Below are positions 29,630 to 39,106 of a stretch of DNA of 64,000 bases, one piece after another. Under the pieces are notes generated by a model, which worked only from the letters and a program-made list of their open reading frames with translations, was not told where the DNA came from and searched no databases. The DNA is taken from positions 9,098-73,097 of the forward strand of contig CBFDBO010000008.1 of the NCBI GenBank assembly GCA_965603075.1. The letters run 5' to 3'. The position numbers and the translations under genes were made by a program. Numbering within the stretch: the stretch's first letter is position 1; each line of letters starts with the position of its first letter. This DNA is from an uncultured Rhodospirillales bacterium. GTDB taxonomy: Bacteria; Pseudomonadota; Alphaproteobacteria; Rhodospirillales; Casp-alpha2.

Positions 29630-30310
29630 ATGCCTTCCGTCTTTATTACAGGATGCAATCGTGGATTAGGTCTGGAATTCACCAAACAATATTTAGCAGA
29701 CGGTTGGCGGGTTTTTGCAACATGTCGTGCCCCAGAGCAAGCATCTGAATTAAACGCCCTGAAGGGTGACCTTGCCGTCATCGGTATGGCCGTGGATGAG
29801 GATGCATCCATTATGGCTGCTGCATCTAAATTAAAGAATGAAGCTATTGATGTGCTTATTTCAAATGCGGGTGTCATGGGGGAACGCCAAGATTTTGGCA
29901 ATCTATCCTCTAAATCTTGGGAACAAGCCCTGCGTGTCAATATCATCGCCCCTTTGATGGTTTGTCAGGCATTTGTAGATCATGTGGCACGCGGTGAGCA
30001 TAAGAAAATAATTACCGTTTCAAGTAAAATGGGCAGCATTGAAGAAAACACATCTGGAGGGCAGTATAGTTATAGGTCCAGCAAGGCCGGGGTTAATGCC
30101 GCCATGCGTTCGCTGGCCATTGATTTGGCCCCACAAGGCATTCTTGCGGCCGTCTTGCATCCTGGGTGGGTGCGGACGGACATGGGCGGTCCGAATGGTT
30201 TAATCGATCCGCCTGAAAGTATTGCTGGTATGCGTTCGGTTATCGCATCACTTGATAAAAGTATGTCTGGGCTGTTATGGAATTATGACGGTACGCAAAT
30301 TCCCTGGTAA
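29630..30310 (+). CDS. SDR family oxidoreductase (C-factor-like)
   Basis: ITGCNRGLGLEF cofactor motif and YRSSKAGVNA (YxxxK) catalytic motif. Confidence 0.85.
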   Translation: MPSVFITGCNRGLGLEFTKQYLADGWRVFATCRAPEQASELNALKGDLAVIGMAVDEDASIMAAASKLKNEAIDVLISNAGVMGERQDFGNLSSKSWEQALRVNIIAPLMVCQAFVDHVARGEHKKIITVSSKMGSIEENTSGGQYSYRSSKAGVNAAMRSLAIDLAPQGILAAVLHPGWVRTDMGGPNGLIDPPESIAGMRSVIASLDKSMSGLLWNYDGTQIPW

Positions 30311-30357
30311 TAAGACGTGATAATAAGAGGTGGTAATAAGACGTGGTAATAAGAACG
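30306..30357. repeat. 13-bp tandem repeat x4 beginning in the last codon of the SDR gene
   Basis: GGTAATAAGACGT GATAATAAGAGGT GGTAATAAGACGT GGTAATAAGAACG. The first unit holds the TGG-TAA end of the CDS. Confidence 0.9.
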
Positions 30358-30394
30358 ATAGTGTTATTAGTATGATAAAACGGAAATTTGAAAA

Positions 30395-31027
30395 ATGAAT
30401 AATTCTGAAGCATCTCCCATCGATTTCTATTTCGATTTTTCCTCTCCCTATGGATATTTTGCTGCGGCTCGAATAGATCAAGTTGTGGCCCCCTTTGATA
30501 GAACGGTTACATGGCACCCCATCTTACTGGGTCCAGCCCTTGATAAGACAGGCAATATCCCTTTGATCAATCAACCAGTCAAAAACGACTACACTGAATA
30601 TGATTGTGCAAGATTGGCCCGGTTTATGACTTTACCATGGTGTCTTAATGGCGAACTACCAGATGGATTTCCAATGTCGACGGTCAAAACCGCCAGAACC
30701 TTTTACGCCATCGAGCAATCTTGCGGTGATCAAAACCTCGCAAAAGAATTCGCGATGTTGGCCTATAAGGCCTTTTTCGGTGACGGAAGTAATATCAACA
30801 CCCATGATGTTATCTCCGGCTTATTAGACCAACTTGATGTGGACACCGATGAAATAATGAGCGCTATTAATGATCCTTCAATCAAAGAGCGATTGCGTAA
30901 TGAGGTCGAAACGTCCCTTGATAAAGGTGTCTTCGGATCACCATTTGTTATCCTTGATGGAGAGAAATTCTGGGGTTCTGATCGTTTTTGGATGATTAAA
31001 CGATGGCTCAAGTCAGGTGGATGGTAG
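30395..31027 (+). CDS. 2-hydroxychromene-2-carboxylate isomerase family protein (DsbA-like fold)
   Basis: IDFYFDFSSPYGYFA N-terminus and FGSPFVILDGEKFWGSDR C-terminal motif. Confidence 0.78.
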   Translation: MNNSEASPIDFYFDFSSPYGYFAAARIDQVVAPFDRTVTWHPILLGPALDKTGNIPLINQPVKNDYTEYDCARLARFMTLPWCLNGELPDGFPMSTVKTARTFYAIEQSCGDQNLAKEFAMLAYKAFFGDGSNINTHDVISGLLDQLDVDTDEIMSAINDPSIKERLRNEVETSLDKGVFGSPFVILDGEKFWGSDRFWMIKRWLKSGGW

Positions 31028-31036
31028 TGATAATCG

Positions 31037-31477
31037 ATGATCGTTAATTTGGTAAAAATGTGTGTGGGCATCAATGAGGTTTCAGAATTAGAATACTGGC
31101 AAGCCAAACGGGCCGCTGATGCAAAACAAAAAGGCATTCCTTTTACGTTACAGCATGTAACACGTAACACGCCACGAAGGGGGGAGGAAATCCTGGCTGG
31201 GGGATCGCTTTATTGGGTAATCAGGCGTTTTATTCAAGTACGACAACGTATTATTGCTCTCGATCCCGTGGTTCGTGAAGACGGAAAGCCTGCCTGTGCG
31301 TTAGTCCTTGCCCCCGAACTTGTCAGAACAAAACTGCATCCTCACCGGGCTTTTCAAGGATGGCGATATTTGGAAAGCGATGATGCACCAGCCGATATAA
31401 CCGGTTCTGACTTTGATGATGAAGAAGCCTTACCCCTTGAAATGGTCGCAGAATTAAAAGGGCTGGGATTATTATAA
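31037..31477 (+). CDS. DUF1489 family protein
   Basis: 146 aa. The start (LVKMCVGINEVSELEYW) matches my recollection of the DUF1489 N-terminus (LIKLCVG..S.EDL..W). Confidence 0.6.
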   Translation: MIVNLVKMCVGINEVSELEYWQAKRAADAKQKGIPFTLQHVTRNTPRRGEEILAGGSLYWVIRRFIQVRQRIIALDPVVREDGKPACALVLAPELVRTKLHPHRAFQGWRYLESDDAPADITGSDFDDEEALPLEMVAELKGLGLL

Positions 31478-31487
31478 GAAGCTAAGA

Positions 31488-32030
31488 TTAGCTCATATCT
31501 GCATGAAGATTTTTAAGCCATGCCATGTGGCTTTCAACCATTTCAATATCATGGTCGAGCCATGAGACAATGATACCTTCATCACGGGCGTGATGGGTAC
31601 GAAGCTCAGAAAGTCTGGCCAGTTCGTTTTCAGACAAATCCATCAGGGATAATATTTGTTCGGCTTGTTGCTCAGCCCCAAGCAAATGAAGAAAACGAAA
31701 CTTAAGAGCAATGATCAGCTTGTTTAATTCTGTTGCACCATGACGAACATTGGCTTGAACCAGAGTTTCAAACTCAGCTCGACCTTCCGTTGTTATGTGC
31801 AGTGTCGGATCTTCATCATTGTTATCAGATTTAACAAGTCCCTCATACCGCAGTAATTCAATTGATTGCCCCATAACTTCTAATGAGGGGCCGATGATAT
31901 GCGAAACGAAATACCGCACTGAGCTTGCAAGTGCGCTATAGCGTGTGGGCTCCGACATCAAAGCACCAAGTGCGCAAAGACGTACGGCCTCTTTTGGGGT
32001 CAGGGTGTTATCTGTATACATAAGAATCAA
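31488..32030 (-). CDS. hypothetical protein, possible PadR-like winged-helix N-terminus
   Basis: 180 aa. RLCALGAL...YSAL...IELLRYEGLV resembles the PadR wHTH pattern. It lies directly downstream of hemA on the same strand. ATG 32021 is an alternative start. Confidence 0.45.
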   Translation of the reverse strand: MILMYTDNTLTPKEAVRLCALGALMSEPTRYSALASSVRYFVSHIIGPSLEVMGQSIELLRYEGLVKSDNNDEDPTLHITTEGRAEFETLVQANVRHGATELNKLIIALKFRFLHLLGAEQQAEQILSLMDLSENELARLSELRTHHARDEGIIVSWLDHDIEMVESHMAWLKNLHADMS

Positions 32031-32054
32031 ACTCTAACACAAAAATATCCCCAT

Positions 32055-32106
32055 GTCATTAAGCTACGTCATTAAGCTAGGTCATTAAGCTACGTCATTA
32101 AGTGCT
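32055..32106. repeat. 13-bp tandem repeat x4 beginning in the last codons of hemA
   Basis: Plus strand: GTCATTAAGCTAC GTCATTAAGCTAG GTCATTAAGCTAC GTCATTAAGTGCT. In hemA orientation each unit carries TAATGA. Confidence 0.9.
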
Positions 32107-33309
32107 CAAATTATAATGTTGCCACACTTCCGTAAGGGCGGCGATTAGCTCGTCCATATCTTGATCTGAGTGTAGCGGGGTAGGGGTAAACCTTAATCTC
32201 TCTGTGCCGCGTTCCACGGTTGGATAATTAATCGGTTGAACATAAATATTATGAGCGTCTAACAAACGATCAGATAACTCCTTACACAAAACGGCATCAC
32301 CTATTTGAATAGGGACAATATGGCTCTGCGAATCCATAACAGGAAACCCAGCGGCCCTAAATCGTTTTTTGAGGGTTGCAGCACGTTCTTGATGGGTTAC
32401 GCGTAAGTTATTGTGACTACGGACATATTTAACACTGGCTAAAGCCGCTGCGGCAACCGCAGGAGGCATTGATGTCGAAAAAATGAACCCCGTTCCATAT
32501 GAACGGATAAAATCACAAAACTCTGCTGATCCTGCAATGTACCCCCCAACTACGCCAAACCCTTTGGCAAGTGTTCCTTGAATGATGTCTAAACGGTCCA
32601 TTTGGCTGTCACGTTCTGCGACACCCGCACCGTTTTCGCCGTACAAACCAACCGCATGGACTTCATCAATATAGGTTATCGCGCCATATTTTTGAGCCAC
32701 ATCGCAAATTTCTTTAATCGGGGCAATATCACCGTCCATGGAATAAAGCGATTCAAAGGCTACCAACTTTGGCTGATCTTTATCAAGTTCCGATAGCAAC
32801 TCCTCAACGTGGGCAACATCATTGTGACGAAAGATCAGGCGTTTAGCTTTAGTGTGGCGAATACCTTCGATCATAGAATTATGATTAAGTTCATCCGATA
32901 ATATCACACAATCAGGAAGCAGTGAGCCCAAGGTGCTAAGTGTGGTCATGTTTGCAACCCAACCCGAACTAAAGATCAGGGCGGCTTCTTTGCCATGTAG
33001 AGAGGCAAGCTCTTCCTCTAGAAGGACATGATAGTGGTTGGTGCCACTGATATTTCGTGTTCCACCAGCCCCAGCGCCACATTTGTTAATGGCATCATGC
33101 ATAGCCTCTAAAACAGTCGAATTCTGTCCCATGCCAAGATAATCATTTGAACACCAGACTTTAACATCTTGGGTTTTACCATCGCGGTGGTTGGTTGCGA
33201 AAGGATAAGAGCCAGCATGCCTTTCCAGATCAGCAAATACACGGTATCGGCCTTCTTCTTTTAATTCATCGATTTTATCATTAAAAAACTTGTTGTAATC
33301 CACGACCAT
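32098..33309 (-). CDS. hemA: 5-aminolevulinate synthase
   Basis: 403 aa with the [13 protein letters not shown]-terminal signature and the PLP-lysine region of alpha-oxoamine synthases (TLAKGFG). Confidence 0.93.
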   Translation of the reverse strand: MVVDYNKFFNDKIDELKEEGRYRVFADLERHAGSYPFATNHRDGKTQDVKVWCSNDYLGMGQNSTVLEAMHDAINKCGAGAGGTRNISGTNHYHVLLEEELASLHGKEAALIFSSGWVANMTTLSTLGSLLPDCVILSDELNHNSMIEGIRHTKAKRLIFRHNDVAHVEELLSELDKDQPKLVAFESLYSMDGDIAPIKEICDVAQKYGAITYIDEVHAVGLYGENGAGVAERDSQMDRLDIIQGTLAKGFGVVGGYIAGSAEFCDFIRSYGTGFIFSTSMPPAVAAAALASVKYVRSHNNLRVTHQERAATLKKRFRAAGFPVMDSQSHIVPIQIGDAVLCKELSDRLLDAHNIYVQPINYPTVERGTERLRFTPTPLHSDQDMDELIAALTEVWQHYNLST

Positions 33310-33614
33310 TGGCTCCTAGGACGGTGGTTATAGTCATTATAAAATTCAGTCTAAACATACTCATTGATCGTCATAAAGCAATAAAATAGCAATCAAATAC
33401 CAATGTTAATGAGCATTAAAACGTCTAGATATTGTTTTTTAAACTGAGGGCACAATAATAATATTAACCCATGTTAATTTACTGTTTTTTTTAATACGTT
33501 AACGTAGCAGTAATGGTTTATAGATTAAAAATATTGCTATATATGACATAGTTGATGTAAATATCTTCTTATTTTTTTATATATTTGACGTTTATTGAGG
33601 ACTGAGGCTGGTTA

Positions 33615-34802
33615 ATGGAACTTGATATTGGCGTGAGAGCCGCCTTACCAATTGAAAATCTATTGCGTATGTTACGCTCTGGTATGTTTAGAGATCAGTA
33701 CAATAGCCTGCTACTGGTAACTCTTGATGCGCTCCCTATTTCTTCAGCTGACAATGAATATCGCACCTCTGTTAATAAAGAAATCAAAACTTATTGTGTA
33801 CGACATGCAAGCCAAGCATATCAGTTGGCCGAAGATGAATTCGGTTTTTTAGTTAATTTAACGGACGAAAACCAAATCAATATTATTACTGATTTAAAAG
33901 TCAGATTGATAAGTATGATCAATGAGGTTTTTCCGGATATTTTTAGCTCAATTGATCAAAGTCGACTTGTTCGAAAAATCGACCTTAATCTCAAACTACC
34001 ACAAACTATTAAGTTCATAGAACAACGTATAAAAAAGAAGGTCGAAGAAAAGCCAAGTGCAAATGTACAACGCCCTTTGAAGCATTCTGATATTGATATA
34101 TTAATCACAGCGATGAATAAATTAGGGGCAGATGCATTTTCTAAACAATTTGTAACATCTCAACCGATCGTCTGTATCAACAATAAATATAATGGGGCAA
34201 TTGCATCTCATGAATATTTTGTTTCCATGGGTAAAGTTAAAGAACATATTTTAACCGAAGTAGATTTTCGGGGCAGTGGTTCTTTATTCAATCATATGAC
34301 TGTATATTTGGATAAAGTATTCCTTAGTGCTTTTGCTCAGGTTCATAAATTATCAAAGCGGTCTTCGTTAAATCTTAACGTAGAGAGCGTTTTTTCATCT
34401 GAATTCCGGAGCTTCGTAAAACAATTAAAATCCAAGAGTCTCTCGGAAATTATTATTGAATTCCGACAGGAAGATATCGTCCATAACTACAGCAATTTTT
34501 TACTCGCTCAAGAAATGATCATGGAACATAAGGGCGCAATAACCGTAGATGGCGTGGCACCCGACACAATTGGTTTGGTGAATATGATTAAATTGGGGCC
34601 GAGCATGGTTAAGATTTTTTGGCGGGAAGACGCTGAAAAACAACTCAATGAAAACTCCCGAGAAATCAAACAGTTGTTAGAATCTGGCATTAAAGTTGTC
34701 TTAGGTCGTGTCGATGATGAAGAGGCCATCACAGTAGGGCGGTCTCTGGGGATTGAATGGTTTCAGGGCTTCTTTATCGATAGTAAGATAAAAAAGCTAT
34801 AG
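33615..34802 (+). CDS. degenerate GGDEF-EAL-like protein (both active-site motifs lost)
   Basis: AEDEF stands where GG(D/E)EF is expected. The C-terminal half follows EAL-domain spacing but with IIEFRQED, VDGVAPDT, MVKIF, LGRVDDEE and WFQGFF in place of the catalytic consensus. Confidence 0.55.
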   Translation: MELDIGVRAALPIENLLRMLRSGMFRDQYNSLLLVTLDALPISSADNEYRTSVNKEIKTYCVRHASQAYQLAEDEFGFLVNLTDENQINIITDLKVRLISMINEVFPDIFSSIDQSRLVRKIDLNLKLPQTIKFIEQRIKKKVEEKPSANVQRPLKHSDIDILITAMNKLGADAFSKQFVTSQPIVCINNKYNGAIASHEYFVSMGKVKEHILTEVDFRGSGSLFNHMTVYLDKVFLSAFAQVHKLSKRSSLNLNVESVFSSEFRSFVKQLKSKSLSEIIIEFRQEDIVHNYSNFLLAQEMIMEHKGAITVDGVAPDTIGLVNMIKLGPSMVKIFWREDAEKQLNENSREIKQLLESGIKVVLGRVDDEEAITVGRSLGIEWFQGFFIDSKIKKL

Positions 34803-34812
34803 GTCACTTCAA

Positions 34813-34854
34813 AACCGATTTAACCGCACCTATTTAATCACACCTGTTTAATCA
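34813..34854. repeat. 14-bp tandem repeat x3 overlapping the pyrE stop codon
   Basis: AACCGATTTAACCG CACCTATTTAATCA CACCTGTTTAATCA. The last two units match 13/14 and the first about 10/14. The pyrE stop (TAA on the minus strand) lies in the last unit. Confidence 0.75.
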
Positions 34855-35525
34855 CTTTTACCACCATGATCAGCAGACCATTTAACCGGATCAGCTAGAA
34901 ATTCGCGCACGCCATCGATTTCTTGCGCCGAAAAGTAATTGCCTTTTTCTGCTTCACTCAGAACTTCATGCCATGTGGTTAAATAATGTAAATTCACCCC
35001 CATTGCCTTAAGTTCATCAAGTGCACCAGGGAAAACACCATAATAAAACACAACAAATGCATCACTGCATATGGCGCCGGCGTCACGCAAAGCATTTACA
35101 AAAGTAATTTTTGAACCACCATCTGTCGTCAGATCTTCAACAAGTAATGTACGACTACCTTCAATAAGGTTACCTTCAATCTGAGCGTTCCGACCAAATC
35201 CTTTGGGTTTCTTGCGAATATATTGCATGGGTTTATTGGTGGCGTCCGCAATCCATGCCGCGTACGGAATACCGGCTGTTTCACCACCCGCCACAGAATC
35301 AATATTATCGAAACCAATAGAGTTTTCCAACATCTCAACACCGTATTTTATCATCGCTGAACGTGCTTCTGGGAATGAGATCACCCAACGGCAATCAATA
35401 TAGACAGGGCTGGCCCAACCAGCGGTTAGCATATAAGGCTCCTGAGGGCGGAAATTCACGGCTTTAATATCGAGAAGATAACGGGCGGTCGTTAATGCGG
35501 CTTGCTGATTTTGTTCATGCGACAT
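34848..35525 (-). CDS. pyrE: orotate phosphoribosyltransferase
   Basis: PRPP-binding motif LLVEDLTTDGGS and the VAGGETAGIPYA loop. I chose ATG 35525 over the longer ORF-track start at 35573. Confidence 0.9.
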   Translation of the reverse strand: MSHEQNQQAALTTARYLLDIKAVNFRPQEPYMLTAGWASPVYIDCRWVISFPEARSAMIKYGVEMLENSIGFDNIDSVAGGETAGIPYAAWIADATNKPMQYIRKKPKGFGRNAQIEGNLIEGSRTLLVEDLTTDGGSKITFVNALRDAGAICSDAFVVFYYGVFPGALDELKAMGVNLHYLTTWHEVLSEAEKGNYFSAQEIDGVREFLADPVKWSADHGGKSD

Positions 35526-35605
35526 GGGACATTCTCTTGATCTGTGCAGTTTGTCTCCATTGTTTAAGGGCAAACATACAAAGACACAATTATATATTTC
35601 AAAAA

Positions 35606-36859
35606 TTAGTTATTGTTGTCCTCTATTTTTGGTAAACAGAACAAAAGAATAAATAATAAAAGACAAACACCGCTCAACATCCACAATGACGCGGAAAATC
35701 CCCCTGTATATTGTGATATTACACCGATGCTGAGGGGGCCTAAAACACCTCCTATTTCGGCAAATGTAAAAAACATCCCTCCGACCAACCCCGTGCGTGT
35801 TGGTCCTACTTCTTTTAAATCGAGCAAGATCAGTATCGTCAACGTCATCATTGCGCCTTTAGCGATCCCTTGCATAATAACCGCCAAAGCAATAATCGAA
35901 GGATCGGAATATTGTAAAAGCAGCGTCGCGCTCAGGGCTGCTGCAAACAATCCCGCCATTATTTTTACTCTTAATTCTGGTGTTGCTAACCGCGGAATGA
36001 TCAAAGCCGCAAAAATACCAACAACGGTTGGACCCGAAGCCCAAAATCCGGCGTTTATTTCATCCATCCCGTGGGAAATGAGAATTTCGGGTAACCAGTT
36101 ATTCAAACCATGACTAAAGAAAAATATGCCTATTCCCATGAGCAAAACAATCATGACCGATGGAATACGCAACAATGTAATGAAGGCCTTGAATTGGGGA
36201 TCAAGGGGAAGGGCGGCTTGTTGCCTTTCATAGCTTAGAAAGAAATATTGCGAGGTTATCACATACCAAATAAGGCCCGATGATAAAACAATTGCGCTAT
36301 AACATAACATTACCCAACGCCAATTATCATCCAGTAGCGGCATTAGAAAGCTATGGGTGAGCGATAAACCCGTCATACTACCCAATGCCAACCCAGTCAT
36401 ATAGATACCCATAGCAAGGCCACGCTCTTGACCTTTGAACCAGCCACTGATTAATTTCGGTGCACCAATTGATACAATAGGTCCCCCCAAACCAAAAACA
36501 CCGACAGCCAAAAACAATGTGAGATGATCTGTGGCCATGGCACGAAGCAATCCAGAAAGCCCGATTAGAATAAATGCCAACAACATGGTGTGACGTGTCC
36601 CCATGCGGTGAAGCAAGATACCACACGGTATGGCTGAGCCAATATAAACCAATTGCCACGCGCCCATGACGCTTCCCATTTGTGCATTGTTCATATTTAA
36701 ATCTGTTGAGATCTGGGAGACCAAAGGTGCCAAAGTAACAATCATCAAACCAAAACTGAAATATGCCAACCAAACCACGCTGAGCACCAGCCATCTGAAG
36801 GGGTGATAATATAATTGATCGATCATTTGATCTGAAGCGGGGGTAATTTTTTCGTTCAT
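35606..36859 (-). CDS. MFS transporter
   Basis: About 12 TM segments. I chose ATG 36859 because the ORF-track GTG at 36946 would leave only 13 bp to the divergent gene. Confidence 0.82.
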   Translation of the reverse strand: MNEKITPASDQMIDQLYYHPFRWLVLSVVWLAYFSFGLMIVTLAPLVSQISTDLNMNNAQMGSVMGAWQLVYIGSAIPCGILLHRMGTRHTMLLAFILIGLSGLLRAMATDHLTLFLAVGVFGLGGPIVSIGAPKLISGWFKGQERGLAMGIYMTGLALGSMTGLSLTHSFLMPLLDDNWRWVMLCYSAIVLSSGLIWYVITSQYFFLSYERQQAALPLDPQFKAFITLLRIPSVMIVLLMGIGIFFFSHGLNNWLPEILISHGMDEINAGFWASGPTVVGIFAALIIPRLATPELRVKIMAGLFAAALSATLLLQYSDPSIIALAVIMQGIAKGAMMTLTILILLDLKEVGPTRTGLVGGMFFTFAEIGGVLGPLSIGVISQYTGGFSASLWMLSGVCLLLFILLFCLPKIEDNNN

Positions 36860-36959
36860 GAGAGAACTATTATAGAAATAATGAGAAAAAACCAACAATA
36901 CCAATAAATTAATGCGCTTTGCAGTTGACCCAGAGTGATCATCCACGTTAATTCAGTAT

Positions 36960-38009
36960 ATGAGCAAAGATACAAATCAACCAACGCCAACTTCCCCTAT
37001 TAAAATTTGGGTACTTCTAGATGATCGCGCGGGCAATCGCAGCCAGTGTCTTGGTGTCGCAGACGCCCTCGTATTAGGGAATGGGCTTGAGTATGTAGTC
37101 CGTGAAATTGAGTACAATATCTTCTCAGCCCTACCAAATTTTATAAAAGGCGCTACCTTTTTAGGATTAACCTCTGCATCGGGTAAAAATCTTAAATTAT
37201 CAAGTTATGATCCTACGGATTGGCCGGGTATTGTTATTGCAGCGGGACGGCGGACCGCAAATGCCGCCCGGGCGATTAAACGCCTATCAAAAAACAAGAC
37301 TAAAATCATACAAATTATGTATCCGGGACCTGCGGGACTTTCGGAATTTGATCTGATCGCTGTTCCCCATCATGACAACCTTGATATAAATATCCAAAAA
37401 GCTGGAAATATTCTCTCAATTCCGGGCGCCCCCCATAAAGTGACAGCGGCGTTACTCGATAATGCAGCCTCTGTTTGGCGTGATAAATTAAAACACCTTC
37501 CATCACCCAAAATAGCCGTATTTATTGGCGGCTCAACGCGCAAGCGTGAATTCAGCTCAGATATGGCCCATATGTTTGGCCAGCACATTAATCAATTGGC
37601 CCTTGATACAGGTGGGTCTTTATTGATCACGACATCTCGGAGAAGTGGTGAGGCGGGGCAAGCTGTTTTATCAAAGATCTCCGCCCCAAACCACGTCTAT
37701 GAGTGGGGCAATCAAGGGGAAAATCCCTATCACGGATATCTCGCGTTGGCTGATATTATAATAGTGAGTGGCGATTCCGTTTCCATGTGCAGTGAAGCTT
37801 GCGCGACCAAAGCACCCGTTTATATTTATGCACCGGATGGTTTTGTCGTCGATAAACACAAACGCCTGCATGATTATTTATACAAAAATGGCTTCGCTCG
37901 TCCTTTCGATGCAGCGTCCATAGATTATTCTGAAACGTGGCAACATGAACCTTTAAATGCATCGACAATCATCGCCGATGAAATTAGAAAACGCTTTTTG
38001 GTAAAATAA
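36960..38009 (+). CDS. ELM1/GtrOC1-like (mitochondrial fission ELM1 family) protein
   Basis: 349 aa with IWVLLDDRAGNRSQ, AAGRRTA, FIGGSTR and ITTSRR patterns, as I recall for this family. Confidence 0.65.
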   Translation: MSKDTNQPTPTSPIKIWVLLDDRAGNRSQCLGVADALVLGNGLEYVVREIEYNIFSALPNFIKGATFLGLTSASGKNLKLSSYDPTDWPGIVIAAGRRTANAARAIKRLSKNKTKIIQIMYPGPAGLSEFDLIAVPHHDNLDINIQKAGNILSIPGAPHKVTAALLDNAASVWRDKLKHLPSPKIAVFIGGSTRKREFSSDMAHMFGQHINQLALDTGGSLLITTSRRSGEAGQAVLSKISAPNHVYEWGNQGENPYHGYLALADIIIVSGDSVSMCSEACATKAPVYIYAPDGFVVDKHKRLHDYLYKNGFARPFDAASIDYSETWQHEPLNASTIIADEIRKRFLVK

Positions 38010-38012
38010 TAA

Positions 38013-38771
38013 ATGCTAAAATTCTCCGCCAATATATCAACGATGTTTCATGAACATGAATTTACGGACCGCATATCAGCGGCCACAAGGGCAGGGTTTA
38101 AGGCGATCGAGTGCCAATGGCCCTATAGCGTCCCGGCAAAAGCTTTGTTGGGTCATTTAAAGGCATCAAACGCCCCATTGGTTTTACTGAATGCCCCTGC
38201 GGGGGATGTATCAAACGGTGATTTAGGTTTAGCGGCGATCCCAGGTCGAGAACAAGAATTCAAAGATAGTCTTAAAATGGCACTTGCCTACGCAGAGGCT
38301 CTCAACTGCCCAAATATTCATATTATGTCGGGAAAGTCAGATAAACATCATACTGAACTCTATCTAGAAAATATTAAGTGGGCCGCTGACTTACTTAATC
38401 CCTCGGGTCGCAATGTTCTAATTGAGCCGATAAATACAAACGATGTACCGGGCTATTTTATGAATACGGCCAAGCAAGCATTGGATATAATCCAGGAACT
38501 CAATCTAGAGAATTTAAAACTGCAATACGATATTTATCACAGTTTTCAAATGAATGAAGATATTCAATCCATTTTAAGTGAAAATTTACACACCATATCC
38601 CATATTCAAATCAGTGATTATCCGGGGCGACATGAACCTGGTACGGGTGAAATTGATTATTCAACCCTATTGAAGTTGATTGTTGATTTAGATTATAAGG
38701 GTTGGGTTGGTTGTGAGTATTTTCCAAAAGAAGATACCGCTCAAGGTCTTACATGGAGAGACAAATGGTAG
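38013..38771 (+). CDS. hyi: hydroxypyruvate isomerase family TIM-barrel protein
   Basis: FSANISTMF.E..F.DRI.AA..AGF.AIE N-terminus typical of Hyi/OtnI. Confidence 0.8.
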   Translation: MLKFSANISTMFHEHEFTDRISAATRAGFKAIECQWPYSVPAKALLGHLKASNAPLVLLNAPAGDVSNGDLGLAAIPGREQEFKDSLKMALAYAEALNCPNIHIMSGKSDKHHTELYLENIKWAADLLNPSGRNVLIEPINTNDVPGYFMNTAKQALDIIQELNLENLKLQYDIYHSFQMNEDIQSILSENLHTISHIQISDYPGRHEPGTGEIDYSTLLKLIVDLDYKGWVGCEYFPKEDTAQGLTWRDKW

Positions 38772-39106
38772 ATTTAGACAGTTTACAGGCAAAAGTTGCT
38801 GCACTAACCAAAGATTATTCAGATAAACTTCCCAATGATCTTGATATTTTCCTTTCCTATGAAACACGGACCCAAACGGAGACTGGTTTAGAGATCATCT
38901 CAGAAATACGAAATCACGCTCATAAGATATCGGGTTCCGCAGGGTCCTATGGTTTTATGGCATTAAGCGACGTTGCAACAAAATTAGATGTTGCCGGCAA
39001 GGAAGCCATGGACAATGAAGACTTTTCCGATGATACCTTCCATACGTTTAAGATGCTTCTGAGCGATTTAATCGCTGAATTAAAAAGCACTATTGAAAAA
39101 GGCTAA
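38753..39106 (+). CDS. standalone Hpt (histidine phosphotransfer) domain protein
   Basis: 117 aa with HAHKISGSAGSYGF matching the Hpt H-x-x-K-G-x-x motif. ATG 38765 is an alternative start that overlaps the hyi stop. Confidence 0.72.
   Translation: MERQMVDLDSLQAKVAALTKDYSDKLPNDLDIFLSYETRTQTETGLEIISEIRNHAHKISGSAGSYGFMALSDVATKLDVAGKEAMDNEDFSDDTFHTFKMLLSDLIAELKSTIEKG

Noticed and set aside
36860-36946. Longer MFS transporter start (GTG 36946) from the ORF track.
   Set aside because: It would leave 13 bp to the divergent ELM1-like gene, and the added 29 aa are not transporter-like. ATG 36859 is preferred, though it has no strong RBS either.
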